Part shown: piece after piece, positions 13,083 to 25,455 of the stretch | How the letters are laid out: each line of letters begins with the position of its first letter | How positions within the stretch are numbered: the first letter of the stretch is position 1 | DNA from: Macrostomum lignano | Lineage: Eukaryota | Assembly: GCA_002269645.1 (NCBI GenBank) | Contig: NIVC01000856.1 | Location: 1 to 64,000, forward strand | Length of the DNA stretch: 64,000 nucleotides | Direction of reading: 5' to 3' | Notes under the pieces: generated by a model | The model's database searches: none | What the model was told of the DNA's origin: nothing | The model's input: the letters and a program-made list of their open reading frames with translations, nothing else | Translations under genes and position numbers: made by a program

Positions 13083-14103
13083 ATTTAATTTATATAGTTA
13101 AATCAAGTTAAAACTTTAATCCAAAGTACAAATATATATTTTTTGCATTCGCAATAACAATAAGAATAACCACTTCATTATTTGTATAGTCATTATAGCA
13201 ATGATATTATAATTGTAATTGCCATAAAAAACTAGAATTTTCATTCTAGTGAATTAGGTCAATAAGCCTAGGCCTATCATGGTTTATGGTCTATAATAAG
13301 CATTTATAAATGATAAATATAAACTATAATTATGAAGTATATCATCATTTATAAACTAGGTATAAGGCCTAGGCCATGTAGTGATTTAGTAAATAATGTA
13401 AGTAACTAGAAACAAAAGGATAAGGCAGTTGTTTTTTTAGCCATATTATGATATTTCCCAATTCATCCAGTTAATTCTAGACAAATAGGCATTTTGTTTT
13501 TTATCTGGTTAAATTGATATTCTATTTTATAGAAACTATAAAGGTGAGTATTCTTAGACTTCAAAGACTTTTTACTTGTATCTTGATTACTATGTTGTTA
13601 CACTAGTATATATCTTATATACCAAATTATGCCAAATCACATATGCATTACACATATTTGCTTTGTTTGTATTAATATATAATAATACAATTAATTAGGA
13701 CATAAGAAAAGGTCTTAAAAATCTAGAATATTTATCACTAAACGAATAGATACTTGTATTAGTAATTTAACTAGACAAATAGCAGATAGGCTATTTGTCT
13801 GGTCACTAGACAAATAACAACTGCCAAAGCCTAACAAAGCCAAAGGATAATTAGAGTAAAGTATTAGTTGCTACCTTATAAAAATATAACAAAATAAGGC
13901 CTAATTAAATATTTTAATAATTGGCCTATCTAAAGACTTGAATACTCTATAATATTAATATATTATTATAAAATAATAGATAGGCCTAGGCTATTTTTAT
14001 CAATGTTAACCAATCAATAAAATTAGAAATGACAATGCATTGTTTTGTGATATGGACAACATAAATAATTCTTAATACATCCTATATACTAAAACATGCT
14101 TGG

Positions 14104-14259
14104 GCGCAACCTTGGGATTCACTCGGCCGTTTCTATTGGCAACACACACATGTAAGTCGCTATTGGACAGAATAGTAGTCACGTGACTGCTCTCAGCCAA
14201 TAGCGACTTACATGTGTGTGTTGCCAATAGAAACGGCCGGGTGATTCCCAAAGTTGCGC
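14104..14259. repeat. Near-perfect 156-bp palindrome (hairpin/MITE-like) centred on GTCACGTGAC
   Basis: About 63-bp arms (GCGCAACCTTGGGATTCACTCGGCCGTTTCTATTGGCAACACACACATGTAAGTCGCTATTGG and its reverse complement) with few mismatches; centre at 14178-14187. Confidence 0.9.
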
Positions 14260-14734
14260 ATGTATGTACTAAAAATGAGTTGTCTGTATCTATCTAGCTA
14301 TGCGATAGATTTCAGAAAAACGGCTCAACCGATTTTCTTCAAACTTGCACCATTCGATCAGAAATTTTCCTGGGACGGTACATGCATCTTGGCTAAGAAA
14401 TTGCTCAATATTAAAGGGATTAAATATTCGAAAAACATGCTTTTTTGCAAAGGTCAAGCAAAATTTTCGACTTGAAATGCATTGTAAGAATGCTAGAGAA
14501 AACATTGACTGACTGAATTTCAATTCTGATAAAGATTGCATCACAACAAATTGAAAACAGTGCCGAAGAAATGCACACACAACTTGATTGAAATTGCGTA
14601 ACAATATTGCTTACTTAAATTGACACTGATACTGGCTGACTGAGAAATTGATTATGTCATAACATTTTACTCTAACCGACTTGCTGTACTGAATTATAAG
14701 GGCCACAATTCATGTTCTCCAATTGACAAGAGAT

Positions 14735-14808
14735 AGCATAGATGCGAACAGACTGGACTGCTAATGTAGCGACCTGGGTTCGAATCTTGGTAGTGCCAAA
14801 TTTTTTTT
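14735..14808 (+). pseudogene. tRNA-derived remnant (degenerate tRNA or SINE head)
   Basis: GGACTGCTAA anticodon-loop-like motif, B box GGTTCGAATC, 3' GTGCCA followed by a T run. The acceptor and D stems do not pair. Confidence 0.4.
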
Positions 14809-14869
14809 AAAACACCTTAAAAACACGAAAAGCTAAAAATAAAAGAAGCGCAATGTCAAACATAAAAGT

Positions 14870-16400
14870 GGCACTATTTCAAAAATAAAATTGGCACCAT
14901 GTCAAACATAAAACTGGCACTATGTCAAACATTATAGAGCCACCAAGTCAAATATAAAAGAGCCACCATGTCAGACATAAAAGAGCCACCATGTCAAATA
15001 TAAAAGAGCCACCATGTCAAACATAAAAGAGCCACCAAATAAATCATAAAAGAGCTACCATGTCAAACAAAAGAGCCACCCTGCTAAACATTAAAGAGCC
15101 ACCATGTCGAACATAAAAGAGCCATCATGTCAAACATATACATGACTCCATGTCAAACATTAAAGAGCCACCATGTCAGACATAAAAGAGCCACCATGTC
15201 AAACATTAAAGGGCCATCATGTAAAACATAAAAGAGCCACCATGTCGAACATAGATGAGCTACCACATCAAACATAAAAGAGCTACCATGTCAAACTTAA
15301 AAGAGCCATCATGCCAAACATAAAAGAGCCACCATGTTGAATGTCAAAGAGCCACCATGTCAATCATAAAAGAGCCGCCCTGTCAAACATATACGTGACT
15401 CCATGTCAAACATTAAAGAGCCACCATGTCAAACACAAAAGAGCTGCTATGTCAAACAAATACATGACTCCATGTCAAACATATATGTGAATCCATGTTA
15501 AACATAAAAGAGCCACCATTTCAAATATTAAAAAGCCACCCTGTCAAACATTAAAGAGCCACCATGTCAAACATTAAAGAGACACCATGTCAAACATAAA
15601 AGAGCCATCATATCAAACATATATGTGACTCCATGTCAAACATTAAAGAGACACCATGTCAAACATAAAAAGCCACCATTTCAAACAAAAAAGAACCACC
15701 ATGTCAAACATTAAAGAGCCACCATGTCAAACATAAAAGAGCCACCATGTCAAACATAAAAAACCACCATGTCAAACATATAAGTGACTCCATATCGAAC
15801 ATATACATGACTCCATGTCAAACAAAAAGAGCCACCATGTCAAACATTAAAGAGCCACCATGTCAAACATATTTTTGACTCCATGTCAAACATTAAAGAG
15901 CCACCATGTCATTGTCACAGAATTAAGCCACCATGTCAAACATAACAGAGACAACATTTCAAACATAAAAGGGCCGCCATGGCAAGCATAGAAGAGCCAC
16001 CATGTCAAAAATTATAGAGCTACCATGTCAAACATAGAAGAGCCACCATGTCAACATTATAGAGCTACCATGTCAAACATAGAAGAGCCACCATGTCAAG
16101 CATTAAAGAGCTATCATGTCAAACATTAAAGAGCTATCATGTCAAACACAAAAGAGCCACCATGTCAAACATAGAAGAGACACCATTTCAAACACAAAGA
16201 GCCACCATGTCAAACATAGAAGAGACACCATGTCAAACATAGAAGAGCCACCATGTCAACATTAAAGAGCCACCATGTCAAACATTAAAGAGCCACCATG
16301 TCAACATTAAAGAGCCACCATGTCAAACATTAAAGAGCCACCATTTTAAACATAAAAGAGAGACCATTTTAAATATAAAAGAGGTGTCATGCCAAACAAA
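14870..16400. repeat. Minisatellite, 23 bp unit ATGTCAAACATAAAAGAGCCACC, about 65 diverged copies
   Basis: Period measured 14968 to 14991; variant units interspersed. Confidence 0.95.
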
Positions 16401-16479
16401 ATGGAGCCACTATAAAGCTAAGGAAATTGTTGCACTAGCTACTTTTTCTCTGGTGGATGCTTGCTATTTAAGGATGTAT

Positions 16480-16830
16480 ACTTGCCATCAGGGGGATGCT
16501 TGCTATCGGAAGGATGCTTGCTACTGGGGTAACTTGCTATTGGGAGATGCTTGCTCTTGGGGGGTGGAGGGTACTTGCTATCTGAGAGGGGGTTGCTAGA
16601 TATCTATAAGGTCTCTTTGTATCCAGGTTATGCTTGCTATCAGGGATTGCTTGCGGTCTGGGGGATGCTTGCGATCTGTGGATGCTTGCTATCTGGGGGA
16701 TGCTTGCTATCTGGGGGACGCTTGCTATCTTGGGGATGCTTGCTATCTGGGGTTTCTTGCTATCTGGGGGATGCTTGCAGTCTGGGGATGCTTGCTATTT
16801 GGGGATCGATGCTTGAATGCTGTCTGAGGA
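16480..16830. repeat. Minisatellite, 18 bp unit ATGCTTGCTATCTGGGGG
   Basis: Tandem degenerate copies; source of the short ACYLGD-periodic ORFs. Confidence 0.85.
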
Positions 16831-17411
16831 TGCTTGCTGTCTACAAGCAAGCAAGATTTTCATTTTTAGTATATGGATGTCTGTTGTTTTATGAAGGCTT
16901 TATTTCACTGTCTATTTGTTATTTGTAAAGAACAAGGATTCTATCCAGATGTCCCCCATCGGGGGGCGAAGATTGCTAGTATAAACTAAACTAGAAATTT
17001 GGATAATTATTGGTATTCTCAATCAATTAGGCTTAGCTAATAAATAGATCTTAAGTTTTCTTGATAAAATGATAAGTGATTAGGCTTAGATATATTATAT
17101 AAATAATTTCAAATAGTCCCTAGGTGAATTGTTAGGATAATATTAGTTATTAAATGGTAGTCATAAATACCTTATACTTTGTACTGTTATAATTGTTAAA
17201 ATAATTGTTATTGTTATAGTAGTCTTTAAGTCATAGTCAATATTCTTAGAGGTCTAGTTAAATTGTTCTATTGTTTATTAGGGCTCTATATGTCAAAACT
17301 ATGGCTATTAGATATTTATAAAAAGGGTATCAATTATATTTTGACAGCTTTGGTTACAAGAGCAATTGTTTTTAATAGGCAATACTTTTAGCTACCATAG
17401 GCATAATTTAT

Positions 17412-17733
17412 TTAATAATAATAATGATAATAATAGTAATTCATTACACTTTCCCTAATTAAACCAGATGTGCAACCAATAGCTCAGTCATAGCTATTGC
17501 ACAGTGCATCTGAAGGCTGCATATGGCTGTTCAGTCCATGGACTGGTGGCCAGCACATACCCTCAATTACCCCATTACCCCAGCTAATTCTAGCCCCCAT
17601 TTTACATATATGTGAACTGAAAGCAATGCAGAGTTAAGTGCCTTGCTCAAGGACAAAAGTTAGGATTGGGAATCGAACCCCAGACCTTCAAGTTGTGAGT
17701 CTGACACTCTAAATTAACTAGGCTACAGCTCCC
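17412..17733 (-). mobile_element. tRNA-derived SINE, copy 1
   Basis: Colinear with 40232-40543 (cagatgtgcaacca...gcagagttaagtgccttgctcaaggaca...aatcgaaccc...aggctac); (ATT)n tail on the minus strand; B-box-like GGTTCGATTC. Confidence 0.75.
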
Positions 17734-17811
17734 TAAATTGAGAATTGAAATAACTCAATATAGTTTTTTAAACTATAAGGTAGTATTGTATGAAACACTG
17801 AAACTTCATGC

Positions 17812-18303
17812 ATGAATTCGCTGAAGCTTCTCACTAACGCTGGCGCCAATGGTCGGTGCCTGGTGCTGTTGGCACCGTCTGTTGGACGCAGTCTCGCCTC
17901 CCGCGCCACCGGCCGCGCTGGATTCACTGGCCGAGTAGCCGCCCAGCCGGCCGGCGCTTCGGCCAAGCAGCCGCTGGGCGAAAGAATCGCCGGCCTGTCG
18001 TTGAGCCTCGGCCAGGGCGCGGCTATGGGCGGCGCGGCGCTCGGCCTTGGCGCCCTGTGCTGGTACGGCGCCGGGCTGAATAGCCAGCCTAGCGCGCTGG
18101 ACAAGAGCGTGGCCTGGCCGGCCTACGCCAGGCAGCGAATCCGGGACACCTACGCCTACCTGGGCCTGGGCGTTGCCAGCTCCGCTGCCGCCACCGTGGT
18201 CGCCTTTCGATCGCAAAAGTTGATGCGGCTGATGCATAGCGGAGGCTGGATGTCCATCTTGCTGAGCTCGGCTGCCTGTATTGGCAGTTGCATTGCTGTA
18301 CAG
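17812..18303 (+). CDS. GHITM: GHITM (TMBIM5/MICS1, mitochondrial inner-membrane BI-1 family) exon 1
   Basis: Arg-rich presequence-like N-terminus, then GGAALGLGALCWYGAGL...DKSVAWPAYARQRIRDTYAYL (cf. human GGAAVGLGALCYYGLGL...EKAVIWPQYVKDRIHSTYMYL). Donor CAG|gtgaga, phase 0. Confidence 0.93.
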
Positions 18304-18486
18304 GTGAGAGAGAAATCAGTCTTAGTCGAGAATCTTGAATATAAACTTCAAATCCATAATGCTTTGACTACGAAGTGATTTGGGTAAACGGCGGGAGTAA
18401 CTATGATTATATCATGATGCGTAAATGCTTCCCCAGCTAGTAAGTATTTTAAAATTTGACTTGCCCAAATTTTTCAATCTCACCAG

Positions 18487-18972
18487 ATGCTGCCCTACCA
18501 GCCTGGCCTGGGCGCCAAGCAGCTGGCTTATATGGGCTTCTCCGGCCTCATGGGCTGCTTCATCGCTCCCGTCTGCGTCCTCGGCGGCCCTCTGGTGCTC
18601 CGGGCCGCCCTGTACACCGGCGGAATCTTCGGCGGCCTGACGGCAGTGGCCGCCTGCGCTCCCGACAAGAAATTCCTCACCTGGGGCGGCCCGCTGTCCA
18701 TCGGTTTGGGCGTCGTGTTTGTCAGCAGTCTGGGCTCCGCTTTCCTCGGCCCAGCCTCCGCTGCCGGCCTCACCATGTACTCGGTGTCCACCTACGGCGG
18801 CCTGCTGCTGTTCAGCGGCTTCCTGCTGTACGACACCCAGCTGGTGGCCGACAGAGCCGTCAGCCTGCCGCACTACGACCCGGTCAATCAGGCGGTGCAC
18901 GTCTACATGGACGTGCTGAACATCTTTGTCCGCATTGCCAGCATTATGGCCGGCGGTGGTAGGAAGAAATGA
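18487..18972 (+). CDS. GHITM: GHITM exon 2 (last)
   Basis: Acceptor caccag|ATG. LGGPLVLRAALYT, CAPDKKFL, YGGLLLFSGFLLYDTQ, YDPVN, YMDVLNIF and the GGGRKK* end all match GHITM. Confidence 0.95.
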   Translation: MLPYQPGLGAKQLAYMGFSGLMGCFIAPVCVLGGPLVLRAALYTGGIFGGLTAVAACAPDKKFLTWGGPLSIGLGVVFVSSLGSAFLGPASAAGLTMYSVSTYGGLLLFSGFLLYDTQLVADRAVSLPHYDPVNQAVHVYMDVLNIFVRIASIMAGGGRKK

Positions 18973-19429
18973 TGAGGTTAACACATTAATATATCATTGA
19001 GTTGGGACTCAAACTTTGTGATTAATAATGCTTCTGTGTCAGTCCGACTTTCGTCAGATAATCGTTTTTCAGTTTCGTCTGTTTCATGCCATGCTACTAA
19101 CTATCGGTCAGTAGGATAGTTTGCGCATGTCTTGAATAATTTAACTCGAGACGCTTAATTATTTATCCAGCAACTGAGCCGCTGCGCCTCGAAACTGAAG
19201 TGTTCGTGTGCGTTTTCTAATCATCTATAAAACCGCTACTTTTTTCCATGAAATGTGTTAAATACACCTGTAAAGCTCCATGCGGAACAACCAGCAACTG
19301 AATCATTGAAAAGTTTCTGGAATAGATAACGCGGACTGACATTATTTAAACATAATGTTTAAACCTATAGTTTTGCTTCTGTCTTCTTTGTTATTTTTAC
19401 TTTCAAAACTTTGCCCGTCCGATTGGTAA

Positions 19430-19640
19430 CTGCCCTGAGACTCACTCCTGATGTCTTCTGAGATTCACTCCTGACGTCTTCTGAGATTCACTCCTGATGT
19501 CTTCTGAGATTCACTCCTGATGTCTTCTGAGATTCACTCCTGGCAACTTTTGAGATTCACTTCTGACGACTTTTTCTGAGATTCACTCCTGACGACTGAG
19601 ATTCACTCCTGACGACTGAGATTCACTCCTGAAGACTTCT
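19430..19640. repeat. Minisatellite, 23 bp unit CTGAGATTCACTCCTGATGTCTT
   Basis: About 8 tandem copies; period 19458 to 19481. Confidence 0.85.
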
Positions 19641-20399
19641 TCACTCCTGTGGACCTCTGAGAATCGCTCAAGAAAGTTTCCCTTTTAAGATTAACTTCTA
19701 AAAAATCCCCGGCCCTAAATTCATCTCTGAGAAGAGCTAGTCTGAGAATCATCCTCACACCAGTCCCCGGTGATTGTTGAGTCACTTAAGAATGCTGGTG
19801 AGATTCATTACTGAGCTTCACTCCACTCAAATCACGTTGTCAGCGGTTTGAACTGAGGTTGAAATACCAAGCTGAATGTTTCTGCTTCCAGTCCAAGAAA
19901 TTGTTTTCATTGTTCTATCACGCTTTTGCAGTTTGCCTCACTGCTTGACAATTTATTGGGCTTTTTAAACAATCAAATTTAATTGAAGAAAGATGAGATT
20001 TCCTATTAGCGATGTGAAGCCATCAATATAAGCTTCATAAAGGATGCAGGAAGTGGAAGGCCACAGTGGTGCAGCAATTCATTTCTGCTGCACAGATTTC
20101 TTTAATCAACTCCGTTTAAAAAAGCTTGTTGTTGCGGCACACGTGCTCGGCAAGCCATTGCAGAATTATTGAAGACCTGCAGCCTTGGTTCCCCCATGAT
20201 TTGCCGCCAGAAGAGATTTCTTCATTGCGAGGTTGGGCTAAGCAGGCGCCTGTCTGCATGTGGTTGCCTTGCTGTTTCCCTTGATTTCATTTTCTTGGCC
20301 ACAGTTCAGGGACTACTGGGAGCTAATAAACACTTGGAATGGACGAAGGGTTCCAAGTGCGCTAGAGATCCATGGTATTGTAATATCTATCTGTCTTGG

Positions 20400-20648
20400 G
20401 TGGCGCTTGTCTCTTGTTGGGCGCCCCAGCTGTCTCTTGGTGGGTGCCCCAGCTGTCTCTTGGTGGGCGCCCCAGCTGTCTCTTGGTGGGCGCCCCAGCT
20501 GTCTCTTGGTGGGTGCCCCAGCTGTCTCTTGGTGGGCGCCCCAGCTGTCTCTTGGTGGGCGCCCCAGCTGTTTCTTGGTGGGTGCCCCAGCTGTCTATTG
20601 GTGGGTGCCCCAGCTGTCTCTTGGTGGGTGCCCCAGCTGTCTATTGGT
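20400..20648. repeat. Minisatellite, 23 bp unit CCCAGCTGTCTCTTGGTGGG(C/T)GC
   Basis: About 10 tandem copies; period 20428 to 20451. Confidence 0.9.
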
Positions 20649-20664
20649 AAGGCACTCCATGTCT

Positions 20665-20940
20665 ATTGGGACTGGAGGGTGGGGACTGGAGGTTGGGAAC
20701 TGGAGGTTTGCGTCTGGAGGGTGGGGTCTGGAGGGTGGGGATTGGAGGGTGGGGTCTAGAGGGTGAGGACTGGATGGTGGGGACTGGAGGGTGGGGACTG
20801 GAGGGTGGGGACTGGAGGGAGGGGTCTGGAGGGTGAGGACTGGAGGGTGGGGACTGGAGGGTGGGGTCTGGAGGGTGGGGACTGGAGGGTGAGGACTGCA
20901 TGGAGGGTGGGGACTGGAGGGTGAGGACTGGAATGTGGGG
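20665..20940 (+). repeat. G-rich 14 bp minisatellite GGACTGGAGGGTGG
   Basis: About 19 tandem copies; period 20781 to 20795. Confidence 0.9.
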
Positions 20941-21805
20941 ACTTTCCAGCCCGCCGCATGTGCCGCATTTTCGTGAAGAGTCATCGTGTAAAAAATTGAA
21001 TTATAGGAATGATTAACTTATTAAGCTTGCTCAAGAATTATGAGTAGCATGCATGCTGCATAGCATTAGAAAATGTAGGTACGAGTGCACTTAGCTGCAA
21101 ATTCTCTTACTTTCCCATGTCTGTTTCTGCACCAGCAGAAGATCAAAGGGAATATTCTGGTTGAGGATAATTATCCTGCAATAGGTCTCCTTTAGAAGCA
21201 TTTCAGTCGTTTCAGGCTTGCGTAATCTTATTGTCTGACCACTGCAGCCAGTGAGCTGCCGCTACCCGCTCTCAGCTCCTTGAGTGAGCTCTCCAAATCT
21301 AATAGTAAGAAAGTCTTGTCTTGCAAAATATTTTCTGGATAAAAAAGCTACTCAGATTTAATTTGTGAAATGGAGCTCGCCAGTGCCACAAGCACAGCCG
21401 ATTAACAATCCAGCTGGCGCCTCTTGTTGGTCAAATCACCAGCTAAAAGCTGAGAGAGTCGCACTGAGCTCAAGATTAAGAAGTGCGCAATAAAAGTTCA
21501 CCAAGTCCAGCGCTTCTTGTAGCTCCGGTTGGCTGCACTGCCCACAGACCAGACCATATGGTCGGATCGAACTCACTTTATGGCACTTCATCAAGTCAAT
21601 CGATGCTAAGCAACTACAGCTCAGACTCTGATTGCGCCAGCTACAAACGTACGGCGTATAATTAATAATCAGATTGTGCCGCTGGATTTTGGGCGGCTAA
21701 AATTATCAGCTCAAGAATGTGAGACTGCGATTTCCTCAGGCAAAATGAGCCCCCGGAAAATCTTCCATGCCATTTGTTCACGGAGTCTTGCCTCCGACCA
21801 GACAC

Positions 21806-21962
21806 TCGCCCCCCCCCCGAGAGTTCCCCCCCCCAACCCGAGACTTGCATGCCCCCCACCCGAGACTTGCATGCCCCCACCCGAGACTTGCACGCCCCCC
21901 AACCTGAGACTCCCCCGAGACTTGCCCCCCCCCAACCCGAGACTTGCCCCCCCAACCCGTGA
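21806..21962. repeat. Short array of the AACCCGAGACTTG(C)n satellite
   Basis: About 8 units with the same monomer as the 29222-35480 array, including the CATG variant. Confidence 0.85.
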
Positions 21963-22337
21963 CGTGCCCCACAGCAGCCCCGCAGCACTGGCCGATGGCA
22001 TGCCAGTTTAGTTCAGCTTTCCGTAGGTTTTACTGAATTTTTCTACGATGTCCGAAAAACCCGGACACTCAAGTCTCCTGGCCTGACTTTCCAAATCCCC
22101 GTCCAGAAACAATAGTTTTTAGAAGTCCCTGAAGACGCTGCCTTAGATTTCTCATTGGCGGAAGTTGCTCGAAGGCTTCGAGATTGAGGATTGCCCAGCT
22201 GAACTCATTGGCTGTTCAGCTGAGACTGGAGAGAGAAAGGGGGTCTTTAGAGAGAAAGGGGGTCTTTCTTGGCCCATCCGTCTCAACGCATTTTTTCCGT
22301 TTATTGTGGGCTCAGCTAAAGCCAAATCCTGCTGGCT

Positions 22338-22844
22338 ATGGAATCGAACCTGCCCATCCTTGTGCAGTGGCTTCTCGGTTGCCTGTCGTTGCTGGGCCTG
22401 ACTGGCAACTCCCTGGTGGCCGCCACCCTGCTCCGGCATCGCTACCCTCGGTCCAAGTTCGCGTCCAGCCTCATGCTGCATCAGACGCTGCTGGACCTGG
22501 CCGTCTCCGGCTTCACCCTGGCTCTGCTGCTGAAGCCGGAGCAGAACCCCACCGTGAGCAGGGCTCTGGGCTTCGTGCTCTGCCATGTGATCGACAGCCA
22601 GTTCTTCTTCTGGTGCACGGTGTTCTCCAGCGTGCAGAACCTGCTGCTGATCGCGGCGGACAGGTACTGGGCGGTGTGCCGGCCTGTGGAGTACAAACTG
22701 CTCGGCGCCAGGCAGGCGGCAATCTGCATCGCCCTGCTGCACGGCTACTCGCTGCTGGTCAACGCCGTGGACGTTTTCTCAGTCACGTACACTCCGGCGA
22801 CGAACAACTGTACTGGCGAGATCTCCGTGAAGACCGTGTTCAAG
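22338..22844 (+). CDS. Orphan class A (rhodopsin-like) GPCR exon 1: TM1-TM4 and ECL2
   Basis: TM1 GN (LTGNSLV), TM2 LLDL, TM3 Cys and DRY (LIAADRYWAVCRP), ECL2 Cys. Donor AAG|gtgaga, phase 0. Confidence 0.88.
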
Positions 22845-22974
22845 GTGAGAGAGCTTGGCGACTAACAGTCGGGTTAACAGGCTCTAATTAGGCGCAGGGT
22901 GTACATGCATGCTGTCAATGAGAAAGTCCGGGCCGCTGCTGTACACCCTGAGTGCATGGGCAACTGAAGTACAA

Positions 22975-23148
22975 TGGCGCCACACACACCCTCAATTGCC
23001 TTGCTAATGCTGGCACCCATTTTTCAGCGGGGTGAACTGAAGCAATGCAGAGTTAAGTGCCTTACTCAATGACACAAATTGTTCCAGTGGGATTGGGAAT
23101 CCAACCTCAGACCTTCAAGTCGTAAGACTGACGGTCTAATCAACCCCT
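22975..23148 (-). mobile_element. tRNA-derived SINE, copy 2 (partial), in GPCR intron
   Basis: Shares ccctcaatt...gctaatgctggcacccattt...gcaatgcagagttaagtgcctt.ctcaa...agaccttcaagt with copies 1 and 3. Confidence 0.7.
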
Positions 23149-23154
23149 TTAGAG

Positions 23155-23850
23155 ATGCGGCGCCAAAATGAGTGCCTGCGGCGCTAAAAAGAGCGCCCAA
23201 ATGCGGCGCCAAAATGAGTGCTTGCGGCGCCAAAATGAGTGCCTGCAGCGCCAAAATGAGTGCCTGTGGCGCCAAAATGAGTGCCTGCAGCGCCAAAATG
23301 AGTGCCTGCAGCGCCAAAATGAGTGCCTGCGGCGCCAAAATGAGTGCCTGCAGCGCCAAAATCAGTGCCTGCGGCGCCAAAATGAGTGCCTGTGGCGCCA
23401 AAATGAGTGCCTGCGGCGCCAAAATGAGTGCCTGCAGCGCCAAAATGAGTGCCTGCGGCGCCAAAATGAGTGCCTGCGGCGCCAAAATGAGTGCCTGCGG
23501 CGCCAAAATGAGTGCCTGTGGCGCCAAAATGAGTGCCTGCGGCGCCAAAATGAGTGCCTGCGGCGCCAAAATGAGTGCCTGCGGCGCCAAAATGAATGTC
23601 TTCGGTGCCAAAATGGGTGTCTGCAGCGCTAAAATAAGTGTCCACGCTCGTAAGGCGCTAAAATGAGTGCCTGCGGCGCCAAAATGAGTGCCTGCGGCGC
23701 CAAAATGAGTGCCTGCGGCGCCAAAATGAGTGCCTGCGGCGCCAAAATGAATGTCTTCGGTGCCAAAATGGGTGTCTGCAGCGCTAAAATAAGTGTCCAC
23801 GCTCGTAAGGCGCTAAAATGAGTGCCTGCGGCGCCAAAATGAGTGCCTGC
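23155..23850. repeat. Minisatellite, 21 bp unit GCGCCAAAATGAGTGCCTGCG, about 30 copies, GPCR intron
   Basis: Tandem units; includes a duplicated variant block (about 23590-23665 repeated at 23745-23820). Confidence 0.95.
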
Positions 23851-24529
23851 GGCACCTGCACCATCGGCCTGAAAGGTATAGAGATCCACCAGTTTAGATT
23901 GAATTGTGAAAACTGTGGTCTCTCTGATCCAATCATACCAACAATGGAAACCTTAAACCCTAGAGGACGCGCAACGATCTTTAATAAAAGCAAAAAACCT
24001 TCTGGCATCCTCTTGAATGCACTTTAATTGTATCGCATATTTTACTGAGTAAGTACGCGTATCGAACTCCGAGCCTTACTACGTAAATAGCGAACGTTGA
24101 TGATTTCCGGCCTGAGGCCGTACCTGTACCTTAGCTTGTACTTAATTAGTTCCGCTAATCCATAACACGCAGGTGTCGGGTGTTAGTAAAGGATAGGCTG
24201 GGAAACCTCGCAGAGCTGTGGCTGGAAAGGAAATTAGCTTTCTTAAAATACCGCAACAGTTGCTCCAAGTCATATTTGGAATGCAAACAGGTCTAAATAT
24301 TGAAGATCAGAGACAGTTCTCAAGTAATAACACCTGTAGCTCATGCCTTCATTATCTTAGGACATTGTGTTGTGAGCTGCGCCTCACAATGCCCTTGCCC
24401 CGACCCGTGCGCTATCCGACTCACTGCCACTGGTTCCTTCTGGTCTGCCCCCTCCGTCTTAAGCTGTCGTTCTTCATTTTATTTTTCTCGTTTTCATTTT
24501 CATTGGCTGGCGTCTTTTCGTCTTTCTCT

Positions 24530-25115
24530 CTCGTTTGGGCCAGTACAATCGACCAATCATGTCTCTCGCCGCGGAGGCACCTGATTGGCTAGCCTTCCGC
24601 CTTCTTTCTCTCTCATTTGGTCCAGTACAATCATGTCTCTTGCCGCGGAGGCACCTGATTGGCTAGCCTTCCGCCTTCTTCCTCTCTCGTTTGGGCCAGT
24701 ACAATCATGTCTCTTGCCGCGGAGGCACCTGATTGGCTAGCCTTCCGCCTTCTTTCTCTCTCGTTTGGGCCAGTACAATCATGTCTCTTGCCGCGGAGAC
24801 ACCCGATTGGCTAGCCTTCCGCCTTCTTTCTCTCTCGTTTGGGCCAGTACAATCATGTCTCTCGCCGCGGAGGCACCTGATTGGCTAGCCTTCCGCCTTC
24901 TTTCTCTCTCGTTTGGGCCACTACAATCATGTCTCTTGCCGCGGAGACACCCGATTGGCTAGCCTTCCGCCTTCTTTCTCACTCGTTTGGGCCAGTCCAA
25001 TCGTCTCTCGCCGTGGAGACACCCGATTGGCTAGCCTTCCGCCTTCTTTCTCACTCGTTTGGGCCAGTCCAATCGTCTCTCGCCGCGGAGGCACCTGATT
25101 GGCTAGCCTTCCGCG
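24530..25115. repeat. Minisatellite, 74 bp unit, about 8 copies, GPCR intron
   Basis: GGCTAGCC recurs at 24661, 24735 and 24809; each unit carries GATTGG (reverse CCAAT). Confidence 0.9.
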
Positions 25116-25455
25116 AAAATACGACGACTGAAAATCCAGACGCTAGAAATGCTCTTCGTAAAAGTGCGCATGTCTGAGGTGAAAAGTGCAAAAATCTTAA
25201 AAAAGTTTCTTTGTAGTTCCATCTTGCACCCAATTCTCCTCCAAACATCACCTTCTGCACTTCTGAAGTACAAATGAAGCAAGTACATGTTTCGTTGTAG
25301 GTTCAGTCACACGTTTATCGAGAAAAAGAAGCTTGAATAATTTGTGTTTTTTAGGCAAATTTTGCAAAGATTCAAGTTTTAAGAGTAAATTGGCTTCCAT
25401 AGAATTGATTGGAGCACATAGCTACCCCTACCCCTGACCGCGCCGCAATGCACAG

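Noticed and set aside
14735-14808. Functional tRNA-Ser(GCT) gene
   Set aside because: A B box and T-run are present, but there is no A box, the acceptor stem does not pair and there is no long variable arm; kept only as a remnant.
17733-18984. Antisense and alternative-frame ORFs over GHITM (and similarly over the GPCR, LINE and CYP exons)
   Set aside because: Shadow ORFs expected in GC-rich coding DNA; they show no recognisable motifs.
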